In this document: in pieces, positions 38,930 to 47,764 of the stretch
Layout of the letters: every line of letters starts with the position of its first letter
Numbering within the stretch: position 1 is the first letter of the stretch
DNA from: an uncultured Erysipelotrichaceae bacterium
GTDB taxonomy: Bacteria; Bacillota_I; Bacilli_A; RF39; UBA660
Assembly: GCA_902798815.1 (NCBI GenBank)
Contig: CADBYH010000005.1
Location: forward strand, 1-63,648
Reading direction: 5' to 3'
Length of the DNA: 63,648 bases
Program-made: the position numbers and the translations under genes
Notes under the pieces: generated by a model
The model's input: only the letters and a program-made list of their open reading frames with translations
The model's database searches: none
What the model was told of the DNA's origin: nothing

Positions 38930-40309
38930 TTATGAACCAGATGATGCTGATGCAGAAGGTGATTCTAACTCTTCTTCATAAATATCCTTGGTAAATCCAA
39001 AATTAATTAATAATCTTTTTGATGCTCCAAGATAATCAAGATTATCTACATCTTGTCCTTCAATCCAAATATATGCTCTTATTTTAGTAATACTATTTGG
39101 AGCAAGTCTAATAATTGGATTTCTTGATGTATTATACATATCTGCTCCTGTTAAAACAACATTTTCGGATTCCTTAAAACTATCAACTTCTTTTAAATAT
39201 TCACCAGTAGTAATAGTTCCAAAATAAGTATTAAGTCCATCATAGATATTAACATTGTTTGAAGTACCAATAACTTGATTTACACCATATGTATTAAATG
39301 ATTGTCCATCAGCAAATGCAATACCATTATGTGTTGTTGGATCCTCAGTAGGTGTACATACAGTTGAAGAATATGTAGTTGCATCAGTACGATTTCTACA
39401 TAAACGATTAAAATTACTTATTGCTTTTGGTTGATGATCTTCATCATTAGGTTCCCAAATATTCCATGTCTTTCCTTGATTTGCTGCTAAAGCAGATGCA
39501 CTACAAACACCAACTATACTATTACCTGCATTAGATGTACATCCCATTGTTTTTAGATTAGATGCTGTTGTCGTTAATGGTGCATAAGCCACCTGATAAA
39601 AAGCTACTCTCATTGAGTTTTCCATTCCATCTGTATCATCTGGATCATTTTCATTCTCCTTTGGAGGTAGAACAATATCAGAATTAGTTGTTAAATAAAC
39701 AGCTTCAGTTTCACTCTCTGTATATGCAGATGCATTAGGTAAAGTTCCTTGTGTATTAGTTGTATTCTTTAAAAAGAAATCAAATGTGATATAGTATTTA
39801 CTATCTTCTGGAGAAGTAGTTGTTACATCAAAATTTTCATCATCAGCCAAACGTTCACTAGCTTCATTTTTTATTTTTTCTGTTCTGATTCTGTAACCAC
39901 CAGTTACAGCATTTATACTGGCATTTGAGTAAAGATTAAGGTGTCCAGTAGATGTAAACGTACCTGTAGTTGATATAGGAACAAGTCCACTAGTATCAAC
40001 CCAACTATTATTTTTCATACCTTCATTAGTAAAATATTCATTACTTAAAGTTCTATTAATTTGACCAGTAGTATCCCAATCATTATCATTACCAGTAAAT
40101 GAAACTTGTAAACCTTTTAAAGTTTCAACTTTAACATCAAATTCATCAATATGTACAGTTGTAACACCAATAAACCATGCATATGTTGCAACAATTAAAA
40201 CTAATAACGTAACGCCTGATATCGCAGTTAATTTTAATAATCTTCTGTTTTTTATTTTTCTATCTTCCTCAGTATAGACAACTTCAACTATTTCATCATT
40301 ATTATTCAT
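38930..40309 (-). CDS. SipW-class exported fibre subunit, paralog 2
   Basis: TYAWFIG; GGYR, NSMRVAF, WNIWEPN, KIRAYIWIEGQD, FGFTKD. Confidence 0.7.
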   Translation of the reverse strand: MNNNDEIVEVVYTEEDRKIKNRRLLKLTAISGVTLLVLIVATYAWFIGVTTVHIDEFDVKVETLKGLQVSFTGNDNDWDTTGQINRTLSNEYFTNEGMKNNSWVDTSGLVPISTTGTFTSTGHLNLYSNASINAVTGGYRIRTEKIKNEASERLADDENFDVTTTSPEDSKYYITFDFFLKNTTNTQGTLPNASAYTESETEAVYLTTNSDIVLPPKENENDPDDTDGMENSMRVAFYQVAYAPLTTTASNLKTMGCTSNAGNSIVGVCSASALAANQGKTWNIWEPNDEDHQPKAISNFNRLCRNRTDATTYSSTVCTPTEDPTTHNGIAFADGQSFNTYGVNQVIGTSNNVNIYDGLNTYFGTITTGEYLKEVDSFKESENVVLTGADMYNTSRNPIIRLAPNSITKIRAYIWIEGQDVDNLDYLGASKRLLINFGFTKDIYEEELESPSASASSGS

Positions 40310-40317
40310 ATAAATCT

Positions 40318-41013
40318 CTACCTCTCTTTTTTATGATATGATTTAAAATCATAATGAACTTTTAATTCACCGCCAAGTATATTATTTGTACACTCTAAAT
40401 CATTTCCTTCAACCCACATAACTATCGTATATCTGTGTTTCTCACCTGGTGAAAAATTAGTAACCTTTTGAGTTAAAACTGTATTTTTATCTTTGAAAGC
40501 AATTGTTCCAACTTCTGGAGTACCATTAATACTCTTTTTAGCATAAACTTTTGCTTTACCATCATAATATACTTTAAATCTTATAGCATCATCAACATTC
40601 TTAACGACATCATCTATTATTAATTCATCATAATAATCAACAACATCTTCTCCCATATTTTCTATAAAGAATGTATATGCTACATAACTATCACCATTAT
40701 GACTTCCTCCAGAACCATCCAAGTTATCAGGTAACCATTTTTCAGATATATTATCAAAAAAATACAACGAATCAACTTGAATAGTACTTCGATAAACCTT
40801 ATAATCAGGATCATCATATATAACAACTTTATTTTTTAAATACAAGTTCTTATCTAGAGTTATAGAAAAGAAATAACCATTATACATAAAACTAACCACA
40901 GCATAAATTGTTAGAATTAGTAATACTAGTATAACCAACAGCAAACAGGCAATTTTAAAATTTCTTTTTCTTGCTCTCAATTTTTTTGCTGTAGTTTTTA
41001 TCTCTCCATTCAT
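40318..41013 (-). CDS. Short TasA-like family member with non-canonical signal (possible anchor)
   Basis: Basic N-terminus + TM ending IYAVV rather than TYAWF; YTFFIEN, AIRF, YTIVMWVEGND echo the family motifs. Confidence 0.55.
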   Translation of the reverse strand: MNGEIKTTAKKLRARKRNFKIACLLLVILVLLILTIYAVVSFMYNGYFFSITLDKNLYLKNKVVIYDDPDYKVYRSTIQVDSLYFFDNISEKWLPDNLDGSGGSHNGDSYVAYTFFIENMGEDVVDYYDELIIDDVVKNVDDAIRFKVYYDGKAKVYAKKSINGTPEVGTIAFKDKNTVLTQKVTNFSPGEKHRYTIVMWVEGNDLECTNNILGGELKVHYDFKSYHKKER

Positions 41014-41028
41014 ATTATACACTTCCTA

Positions 41029-42204
41029 TTAAGAATTTGAAAGTACAAATTTATCTTTTGTCAAACCAAAATTAATTCTAACAGAAGCATCATTTGAAAT
41101 CAAATCATAATTATCTACATCTTGTCCTTCTAGCCATATATACACTCTAACCTTTGTAATAGAATTACCTGCTAATCTAATTAAAGTAGGTTTACTACTT
41201 GTAAGGTTAGTTGCATCACTTGTTTTATATGTAACCATCTGAGTTAGCTTTGGTGAAGTACGCTCATTTATTCCATCATATATATCAACATTATCACTTG
41301 CACCTACTGCACTATTAATTGCATAAGTTGGAACATTACTTGTTGTTGTCAAAGTATCACAAGCAGTCGTTGTATATGTCCCATCGCTATTATTTCTCTT
41401 CTTACATATTCTATTAAAATAATTTACAAGTTCTGATGTATGAACATCGTGATTAGGTTCCCATATATTCCAAGTATATGTTCTCCTAGAATCTAAATTT
41501 TGAGTAGTTGGACAAACAGATGTAATACCAGTTCCTCCAGCACATGTTATTGACCTAGCAGTTGCAGCTGAATAACCATCAGCTTTTATTCTTCCTATTT
41601 CGAAGAATCCTACTCTAAGTGAATTGGCAACACCATGAGTTGTAGCTGCATTTCCATTTGCAACACTAACAGCATTAGACTCAGGAGTTAAGTAAACATC
41701 TTCAGCTCCACCCTCATTAAATTCAGAATTATAAGTTTGTCCTGTACCATTACGTATATACAAATCAAACACAAAATATCCATCAAGTTCATTAGCCATA
41801 GTATTATTTATTCTATTTGATATCAATCTATAACCACCATATGATGCAGACAAACTAGTCTTCTCATAAAATGCTAACCCACTACCCGTAGAATCAATTA
41901 AACCATTTGAAGATAATGGAATCAACCCTTCTGTAGGCACTTTATTATTATTATTACTAAATACTGATTCGATAGTCGCAGGATTAATAGTAATACTATT
42001 AGCTTGCCAATGATCTGGATCTGCATCAATAGAAAGTTCCAATCCTATCGTACTTGAAACAGTAATATTAAACTCATTTGTTTGAACTGTAGAAGTACCA
42101 ATAAACCATGCATAAGTTTCAATAACTAAGATAGTTCCAGTAATCAAAATAGCAATAAATAGTAAAAATATTTTACGCTGTTTCTTAATTCTATCCTTAT
42201 ACAT
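41029..42204 (-). CDS. SipW-class exported fibre subunit, paralog 3
   Basis: TYAWFIG and all family motifs. Confidence 0.7.
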   Translation of the reverse strand: MYKDRIKKQRKIFLLFIAILITGTILVIETYAWFIGTSTVQTNEFNITVSSTIGLELSIDADPDHWQANSITINPATIESVFSNNNNKVPTEGLIPLSSNGLIDSTGSGLAFYEKTSLSASYGGYRLISNRINNTMANELDGYFVFDLYIRNGTGQTYNSEFNEGGAEDVYLTPESNAVSVANGNAATTHGVANSLRVGFFEIGRIKADGYSAATARSITCAGGTGITSVCPTTQNLDSRRTYTWNIWEPNHDVHTSELVNYFNRICKKRNNSDGTYTTTACDTLTTTSNVPTYAINSAVGASDNVDIYDGINERTSPKLTQMVTYKTSDATNLTSSKPTLIRLAGNSITKVRVYIWLEGQDVDNYDLISNDASVRINFGLTKDKFVLSNS

Positions 42205-42222
42205 AAAACTATCCTTTCACTA

Positions 42223-42930
42223 CTATTTTAGAACTTTAATTATTTTTGGTTCATCTTCTTCAGTCTTTTTATCAATTAAAACTGAATAAACACTATTATT
42301 CTTTTTAACCTCCACTTTACTTAAAATAGTCGTTTTTGATTCACTAACTACATCACTAGGAATTTCAATATCTTCTGGAACATTAGCAACCTTTTTTCTT
42401 TTAAAACTTGATTTTAATAATTTAATATATGAATGATGTTCATCTTCTTTATCATCAACTATTAAACATATAACAAATAAAATTACTATTAAAGGAATCA
42501 ATACACCATTATTAAAAAGTGTATTTTTAACAATCCCTGTATTAGGAAATATCTTAATAACCTTCCCAACAATTTGATTATCATATATTGGTTCATCAGA
42601 AGTATTATTATGATCTCCTTTAGTTACATAAGTATTTGCATATTGTTGTACAACTCTATGAGTTATAAAATTACCATTTTCTTCATATGTAACAATATCA
42701 TTTAATTTAATATTCTTTGTATTTTTTACTAATATACAATCTCCAACATTAATAGTATTAGTCATACTACCTGTTTTTATCTCAAAAACAGAAAATCCAA
42801 AAAAGGATTTATATGTTTTTTTTAAAAAAGTTGTTTGTATATCTAAAAAGATATTGAAAAAAAGCAAGATGGAAACGCATACAATTGCAAAATCTAAAAT
42901 AATAGTTATAATCTTTTTAAATTTTTTCAT
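42223..42930 (-). CDS. sipW: Signal peptidase I, SipW/SEC11 (ER) type
   Basis: TGSM, VGD, ITHRV (Ser/His), TKGDHN, IVGKV; two TM. Confidence 0.88.
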   Translation of the reverse strand: MKKFKKIITIILDFAIVCVSILLFFNIFLDIQTTFLKKTYKSFFGFSVFEIKTGSMTNTINVGDCILVKNTKNIKLNDIVTYEENGNFITHRVVQQYANTYVTKGDHNNTSDEPIYDNQIVGKVIKIFPNTGIVKNTLFNNGVLIPLIVILFVICLIVDDKEDEHHSYIKLLKSSFKRKKVANVPEDIEIPSDVVSESKTTILSKVEVKKNNSVYSVLIDKKTEEDEPKIIKVLK

Positions 42931-42962
42931 CAATCCACCTTCTCACCTTGTAATATCATTAA

Positions 42963-44123
42963 CTACGAATTCTGACCATTATTCTGTACATTAGAAGTAG
43001 ATTGAACTCCAGCTTGAGAAGCATTATTAATTGGAATAGTTTGACTTATAACTGGAATATCATCAGATGGGCTAGGCACTGTATTTTGTTGTTGAACAAC
43101 ACTTGGTTGTGTTACCTGTTGAGGAGCAACTTGCTGTACTGGTTGTTGAACAACATTTGGTTGTGCTACCTGTTGAGCAACTTGCTGTACTGGTTGTTGA
43201 ACAACGTTTGGTTGTGCCACCTGTTGAGGAGCAACCTGTTGTACTGGTTGTTGAACAACATTTGGTTGTGCTACCTGTTGAGTAACTACCTGTTGTACCG
43301 GTTGTTGTACAACTGCTTGCTGTACCGGTTGCTGTGCAACTGTTGGTTGAGCAACTTGAGTTAAATTAGCATCTGCTCCCATAGGAACTTGTTGTTGAAC
43401 AATTGTAGGTTGAACCTGTAATTGTTGTACTCCTTGTGGAGACACTTGAGAAGCATCAACTGAAACTCCAACAACATTTTGATTTAATTGGGACTTCAAA
43501 TTATTAATTTCGTTCATTAATACGTTGATATTATCAACATTTTCTTTATCACTAGCAGTTCCAGTACCGACACTAGCACCCTCAAGAACAGCTTCATCAG
43601 TATCGAATTTAATTACAATAATTACAGAATAGATTTCATATAATAATAAGAAAAAGCAAGGTACGATAAAAATTACAAAGAATATCCACTTAGACTCTAC
43701 AAATGATATAATTCCACCAATAGAATCATATACTTTAATACTTTGTCCAGCTATATAATCTTGACCCCAAGAAGTATCATCAACATCTAAAGTAATATAT
43801 GGAGTTGCCTCCTCATTATTAACTTCCTTAATCGTTGAAGAAACTACTTTAACAGTCTTCTCTTGCTGACTAGTTTGATAAACAAAAATCTCATCACCAG
43901 CTTTTAGTTTGTCAATAAACCTCTTTTCAACAATTACCAACTGACCCTTTAAATACTTACTAGTATCCTCTTTGACATCAATTAAAGCCTTATTTCCAAA
44001 TTCAGTATAGCCATAATCATTACGACTTAATACCAATGTACTAGCTAAAATAATTATTGAAAGATAAGCAACAAGAATAACACCAAAAACAATATTTCGA
44101 ATTACTCTCAATACCTTCTTCAT
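42963..44123 (-). CDS. Catalytically dead SipW-like protein with Q/V/P-rich tail
   Basis: Aligns to SipW (KLKAGDEIFVY, IAGQ) but GSM absent and THR reads SST; short coiled coil then repeats. Confidence 0.65.
   Translation of the reverse strand: MKKVLRVIRNIVFGVILVAYLSIIILASTLVLSRNDYGYTEFGNKALIDVKEDTSKYLKGQLVIVEKRFIDKLKAGDEIFVYQTSQQEKTVKVVSSTIKEVNNEEATPYITLDVDDTSWGQDYIAGQSIKVYDSIGGIISFVESKWIFFVIFIVPCFFLLLYEIYSVIIVIKFDTDEAVLEGASVGTGTASDKENVDNINVLMNEINNLKSQLNQNVVGVSVDASQVSPQGVQQLQVQPTIVQQQVPMGADANLTQVAQPTVAQQPVQQAVVQQPVQQVVTQQVAQPNVVQQPVQQVAPQQVAQPNVVQQPVQQVAQQVAQPNVVQQPVQQVAPQQVTQPSVVQQQNTVPSPSDDIPVISQTIPINNASQAGVQSTSNVQNNGQNS
43087..43350. repeat. Coding tandem repeats of about 54 bp (QQPVQQVAPQQVAQPNVV)
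   Basis: Visible in DNA and protein; related repeats at about 45650-45815. Confidence 0.85.
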
Positions 44124-44272
44124 ATTATACCTCTATTCCCAATTATCTAATTACCATTATATCATGAAAAAAACAAAAAAGTAAATACCAGAATAAACAT
44201 AATAATTCATTTGTTTACTAAATAAAAAATCATTAATTATATTCTTTATAAAACACAACTAATGATTTCAAT

Positions 44273-45598
44273 TTATGTAATTCTAAATGCAGGAGATACA
44301 CCTTGAAAGTAAGTATTACTAGCTGCATAAGGAGAATAAGTACCATTTGTATTTACACATAAAAATGTATCTGAATCATTTTTATTAGCTGTACGAACCC
44401 ACCAAGGTCGTGAAACACTACTACCAGGCTCTTTTTTTTGTACAAAACTAAGATTATTTGATAATGTTACGCCCTTGTAACTATAATAATCTAACTTTTG
44501 TGTCGTCGAAGCTGCAGAATCGTATGAATCACTACCATATATTTCTTTACCGGATAAAAGATAAAGTTTCTCAGTCGATACAAAATTTGTAGAAATACTA
44601 GAACCATGTCCTGAAACAACCCTTGTTTTTGAAATAACATTTTGTAATTCTATAGGAAAATACTCTTCAAAAGAATCTACTTCTTGTTTAACAAGCGAAT
44701 CAGGATATCCATCTTCATTTCCAGAATAATCATCCATATAAAAACTGTAAGATAAAATATCAGCAAATTCCACAACAAACCCACAAGCAGTTTGAGAATA
44801 AGTAGAATTACTACAACTTGAAGGAGTAGTTTTATTAGCCAATCTCAATACATGTGTATAATCATTATTATTAAAATGCATAACAATAGACTTAGTATCA
44901 CCAACATGATATTTACTAGTATCACCCTTCTCAACTGCTAGTTCAATAGTATCCCAAGAATCATTAGCAAATGAAACAGTATTATCAACATATTGACTAA
45001 CTACAATTTCTATTTTAAGTTCCAATCCAGATCTTATTTGATAAGAACTATTTTGATTATGAAGTTGCTGTTCACTTTGATAAAAATTATACGCCATTTG
45101 ACCATATTGAGTATCCAGCTCATCATTACCAGAATCAAAAGGCCAAGTACATGAAACACCAAAATTACTAGTTGAATCAGCCGCTAAATATCTAGAACCA
45201 TGAGTAAATTCTAATTTAAACGGATAATCTCTTGCCAATTGTGCAAATGAAATACCATTTGTTGTAGTTACTTCAGTATTAAAAAGTCTAAAATACTTAA
45301 TATTATAAGTAATCTTTGCTGGAATATCACCATTATTATGAATTACATAATCTTCTTGAAAATCTGTCATACCTGGGGAAAGATTATTAATAGTAATATC
45401 AAAAACATTACTAACTTCAGTATTATTCTTTGTTATCTTAATATCCCAAGTCTTTAAATTAACATTCATATTAGATGTAACAGTATTTGTATATGCAAAC
45501 CATGCCAAAGTAATTGACATAATTGACACAGCAAAAAAGGCAATAGATGTTAAGTTTACTTTCGTAAACTTACTTTTTATTCTATCACTTAATTTCAT
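44273..45598 (-). CDS. SipW-class exported protein: TasA-like N-domain plus DUF6273-like C-domain (adhesin candidate)
   Basis: TLAWF; NLSPG, IHNNGDIP; C-domain DSWDTI, KLYLLSGKEI, WWVRT, GVSPAFRI. Confidence 0.65.
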   Translation of the reverse strand: MKLSDRIKSKFTKVNLTSIAFFAVSIMSITLAWFAYTNTVTSNMNVNLKTWDIKITKNNTEVSNVFDITINNLSPGMTDFQEDYVIHNNGDIPAKITYNIKYFRLFNTEVTTTNGISFAQLARDYPFKLEFTHGSRYLAADSTSNFGVSCTWPFDSGNDELDTQYGQMAYNFYQSEQQLHNQNSSYQIRSGLELKIEIVVSQYVDNTVSFANDSWDTIELAVEKGDTSKYHVGDTKSIVMHFNNNDYTHVLRLANKTTPSSCSNSTYSQTACGFVVEFADILSYSFYMDDYSGNEDGYPDSLVKQEVDSFEEYFPIELQNVISKTRVVSGHGSSISTNFVSTEKLYLLSGKEIYGSDSYDSAASTTQKLDYYSYKGVTLSNNLSFVQKKEPGSSVSRPWWVRTANKNDSDTFLCVNTNGTYSPYAASNTYFQGVSPAFRIT

Positions 45599-45625
45599 AC
45601 TATCACCTCCAATATATTAATATTA

Positions 45626-46510
45626 TTATTGATTATTTGAATTTACAACTTGAGTTGCTTGTTGTGCAGGTTGCTGAACAACATTAGGTTGTTGTACTAC
45701 CTGTTGAGCAGTAACCTGTTGAACCGGTTGTTGAACAACTGCCTGCTGTACTGGTTGTTGAACAACACCTGGTTGCACTGCTTGCTGAGTAACCACTTGT
45801 TGTACTGGTTGTTGAGTTTGTTGATTTATAATTTGTTGTTGCAAATTAACAATCTCTTGTTGTAGTTGTTCTTGCGTAACACTTGCTGATTGTGTAGGTG
45901 CAACATCTGGTTGAACCGCCATATTATTAACACTTGCATCTGTAACACCTTCTTGTGCAACTGTATTTAAATTATTTTTACGTTCATATTTTTCAATCAT
46001 TGTTTGTACAACTTCTGTTCCAATTAATAACATTATTGGAATAATCACAAAGAAGAAAAATCCTATATTACTAGTTGAATAACTATGAAAAGCCGATAAT
46101 ACAACAAGTTTTCTAGAAACTTTTCCATATATCTGATTTGCAACTATTGGTGGGTCTGCACTACTAGAAGCAATACCTTTAGTTTGAAAAATCTTTTCAT
46201 CCTTACTATCATCTATCTTTATAATTCTATGTGTTATTACCTTATCTTTAAATGATCCTTCTTTACCAAGATAAGTAATATCATCCCCTACCTTTAAAGT
46301 ATCAGTATTGACATCCTTACACAATAAAACATCACCTATTTGATACTTAGGTTCCATAGATCCAGTAACAACAGCAAACATTCTATATCCAAAAATAGAT
46401 TTATTATTCTTAGAGAATCTTTGAAAAAGTACAAAAGAAACAAACAGTAAAATAACAACTATAAAAACTGTCTTAATAACTGTTAAGAAAATCTTTAAAA
46501 ACTTATTCAT
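45626..46510 (-). CDS. sipW: Signal peptidase I, SipW type, with Q/V/P-rich tail
   Basis: TGSMEP, IGD, ITHRI, TKG, IYGKV; start overlaps upstream gene end. Confidence 0.88.
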   Translation of the reverse strand: MNKFLKIFLTVIKTVFIVVILLFVSFVLFQRFSKNNKSIFGYRMFAVVTGSMEPKYQIGDVLLCKDVNTDTLKVGDDITYLGKEGSFKDKVITHRIIKIDDSKDEKIFQTKGIASSSADPPIVANQIYGKVSRKLVVLSAFHSYSTSNIGFFFFVIIPIMLLIGTEVVQTMIEKYERKNNLNTVAQEGVTDASVNNMAVQPDVAPTQSASVTQEQLQQEIVNLQQQIINQQTQQPVQQVVTQQAVQPGVVQQPVQQAVVQQPVQQVTAQQVVQQPNVVQQPAQQATQVVNSNNQ

Positions 46511-47750
46511 CAGTTTCATCTCCTTTACTATCATCATTCTCTGATGTTGTTTCTATCTTACTTACATCAATACTCTTTTCATCTTCCTTAACCTCTTCAG
46601 GAACTTCCATATTTAAAATTGCCCCATCAGAACCAATTTGGAAGAAACTAGAGTCCATTTTTTCCATAAATTTCTTTGAATTACTATTAATCTTATTAGC
46701 AATAAATGAATAATCTACTACTTTTTCTTTTCTTACCATATCATATTCAGAAGCAACTAAATCAATTAAATCCTCCCTAGATAAATCATCATCACCTTTA
46801 GCAATATGTCTAATATTTTCTTTGATATCCTTTAATAGTAATTTATTTAATTCTTTTGTATACATTTCTTTATAATAATTATTCTTTGTACAAGTACACA
46901 TCATCATATAATAAAAACATAAGAAAGTATTATTCACTTTATCATTAAATACATTAGGTAATTCATTATAAACATCTCTATTATTTTCAACACTTTCAGC
47001 ATCAATCTTAAAATTATGAATAAAATCCCATAAATTAGCAGCCATCTGAAAGTTAGGATTCTTTAAAATAACATTAGTTCTTTTAATTGGATCAGTAACT
47101 GCCGGAGCCTTTTCCTTCTTTAATTGCTTATAAAGCATACTCTCTCTCCAAGATTTTACATTATTCATAACAATTTCTGATTTTTGTAAAAATTCATCAA
47201 TACCAGGTAATCTATCAGTTTTAGACTCTACTAAAAAACTAAATTTAATATCTTCTGCATCAACATTAGTCTTACCATTAAATGTAAAAGAATTTGTATT
47301 ATTAGTATCGTGACTATTAAGTTGATTATTAATATCCTCTAAAAATATTGCCAACTCATCAACAAGAGTACATATAAATCTATTTTCATAAGTATTAAAT
47401 GTATCCTCTTTATAAGTATTCAATAATTTTGAAGGTCTTATTTTATTTTTTTCTTCATCATACTCTTGAATAAAATTAGTATGTTTCGCAAGATGTTTAA
47501 ATGTAGGAGGTCCAACTTTTCTAACCTTCTCTATTTTTAATATCTCTTCTTCTTCTTTTAAGAAGGATTTTAAATCATTAAATATATTATTTATATATGG
47601 AATAATTCCAAAAATAAAATCAAACCAATCAAAACTAACTATTAAACCAGTATAATCTTGAGATAATAATTCTTTTTGACTTAAATTTTTGAAAAATTTC
47701 TCATTAAAAACATCTGACTGGTTTTCATATTGTATAGAATAATTCTCCAT
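46503..47750 (-). CDS. DUF2357 (McrC-like N-terminal) domain protein, no evident nuclease domain
   Basis: HLAKHTNFI, NTYENRF, RTNVILKNPNF; follows McrB-like gene; C-terminus helical/acidic. Confidence 0.65.
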   Translation of the reverse strand: MENYSIQYENQSDVFNEKFFKNLSQKELLSQDYTGLIVSFDWFDFIFGIIPYINNIFNDLKSFLKEEEEILKIEKVRKVGPPTFKHLAKHTNFIQEYDEEKNKIRPSKLLNTYKEDTFNTYENRFICTLVDELAIFLEDINNQLNSHDTNNTNSFTFNGKTNVDAEDIKFSFLVESKTDRLPGIDEFLQKSEIVMNNVKSWRESMLYKQLKKEKAPAVTDPIKRTNVILKNPNFQMAANLWDFIHNFKIDAESVENNRDVYNELPNVFNDKVNNTFLCFYYMMMCTCTKNNYYKEMYTKELNKLLLKDIKENIRHIAKGDDDLSREDLIDLVASEYDMVRKEKVVDYSFIANKINSNSKKFMEKMDSSFFQIGSDGAILNMEVPEEVKEDEKSIDVSKIETTSENDDSKGDETDE

Positions 47751-47764
47751 ATTATTTACCTATT

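Noticed and set aside
44273-44480. Diversity-generating retroelement target
   Set aside because: Lectin-like ending, but no reverse transcriptase and no adenine-variant template repeat seen in this window
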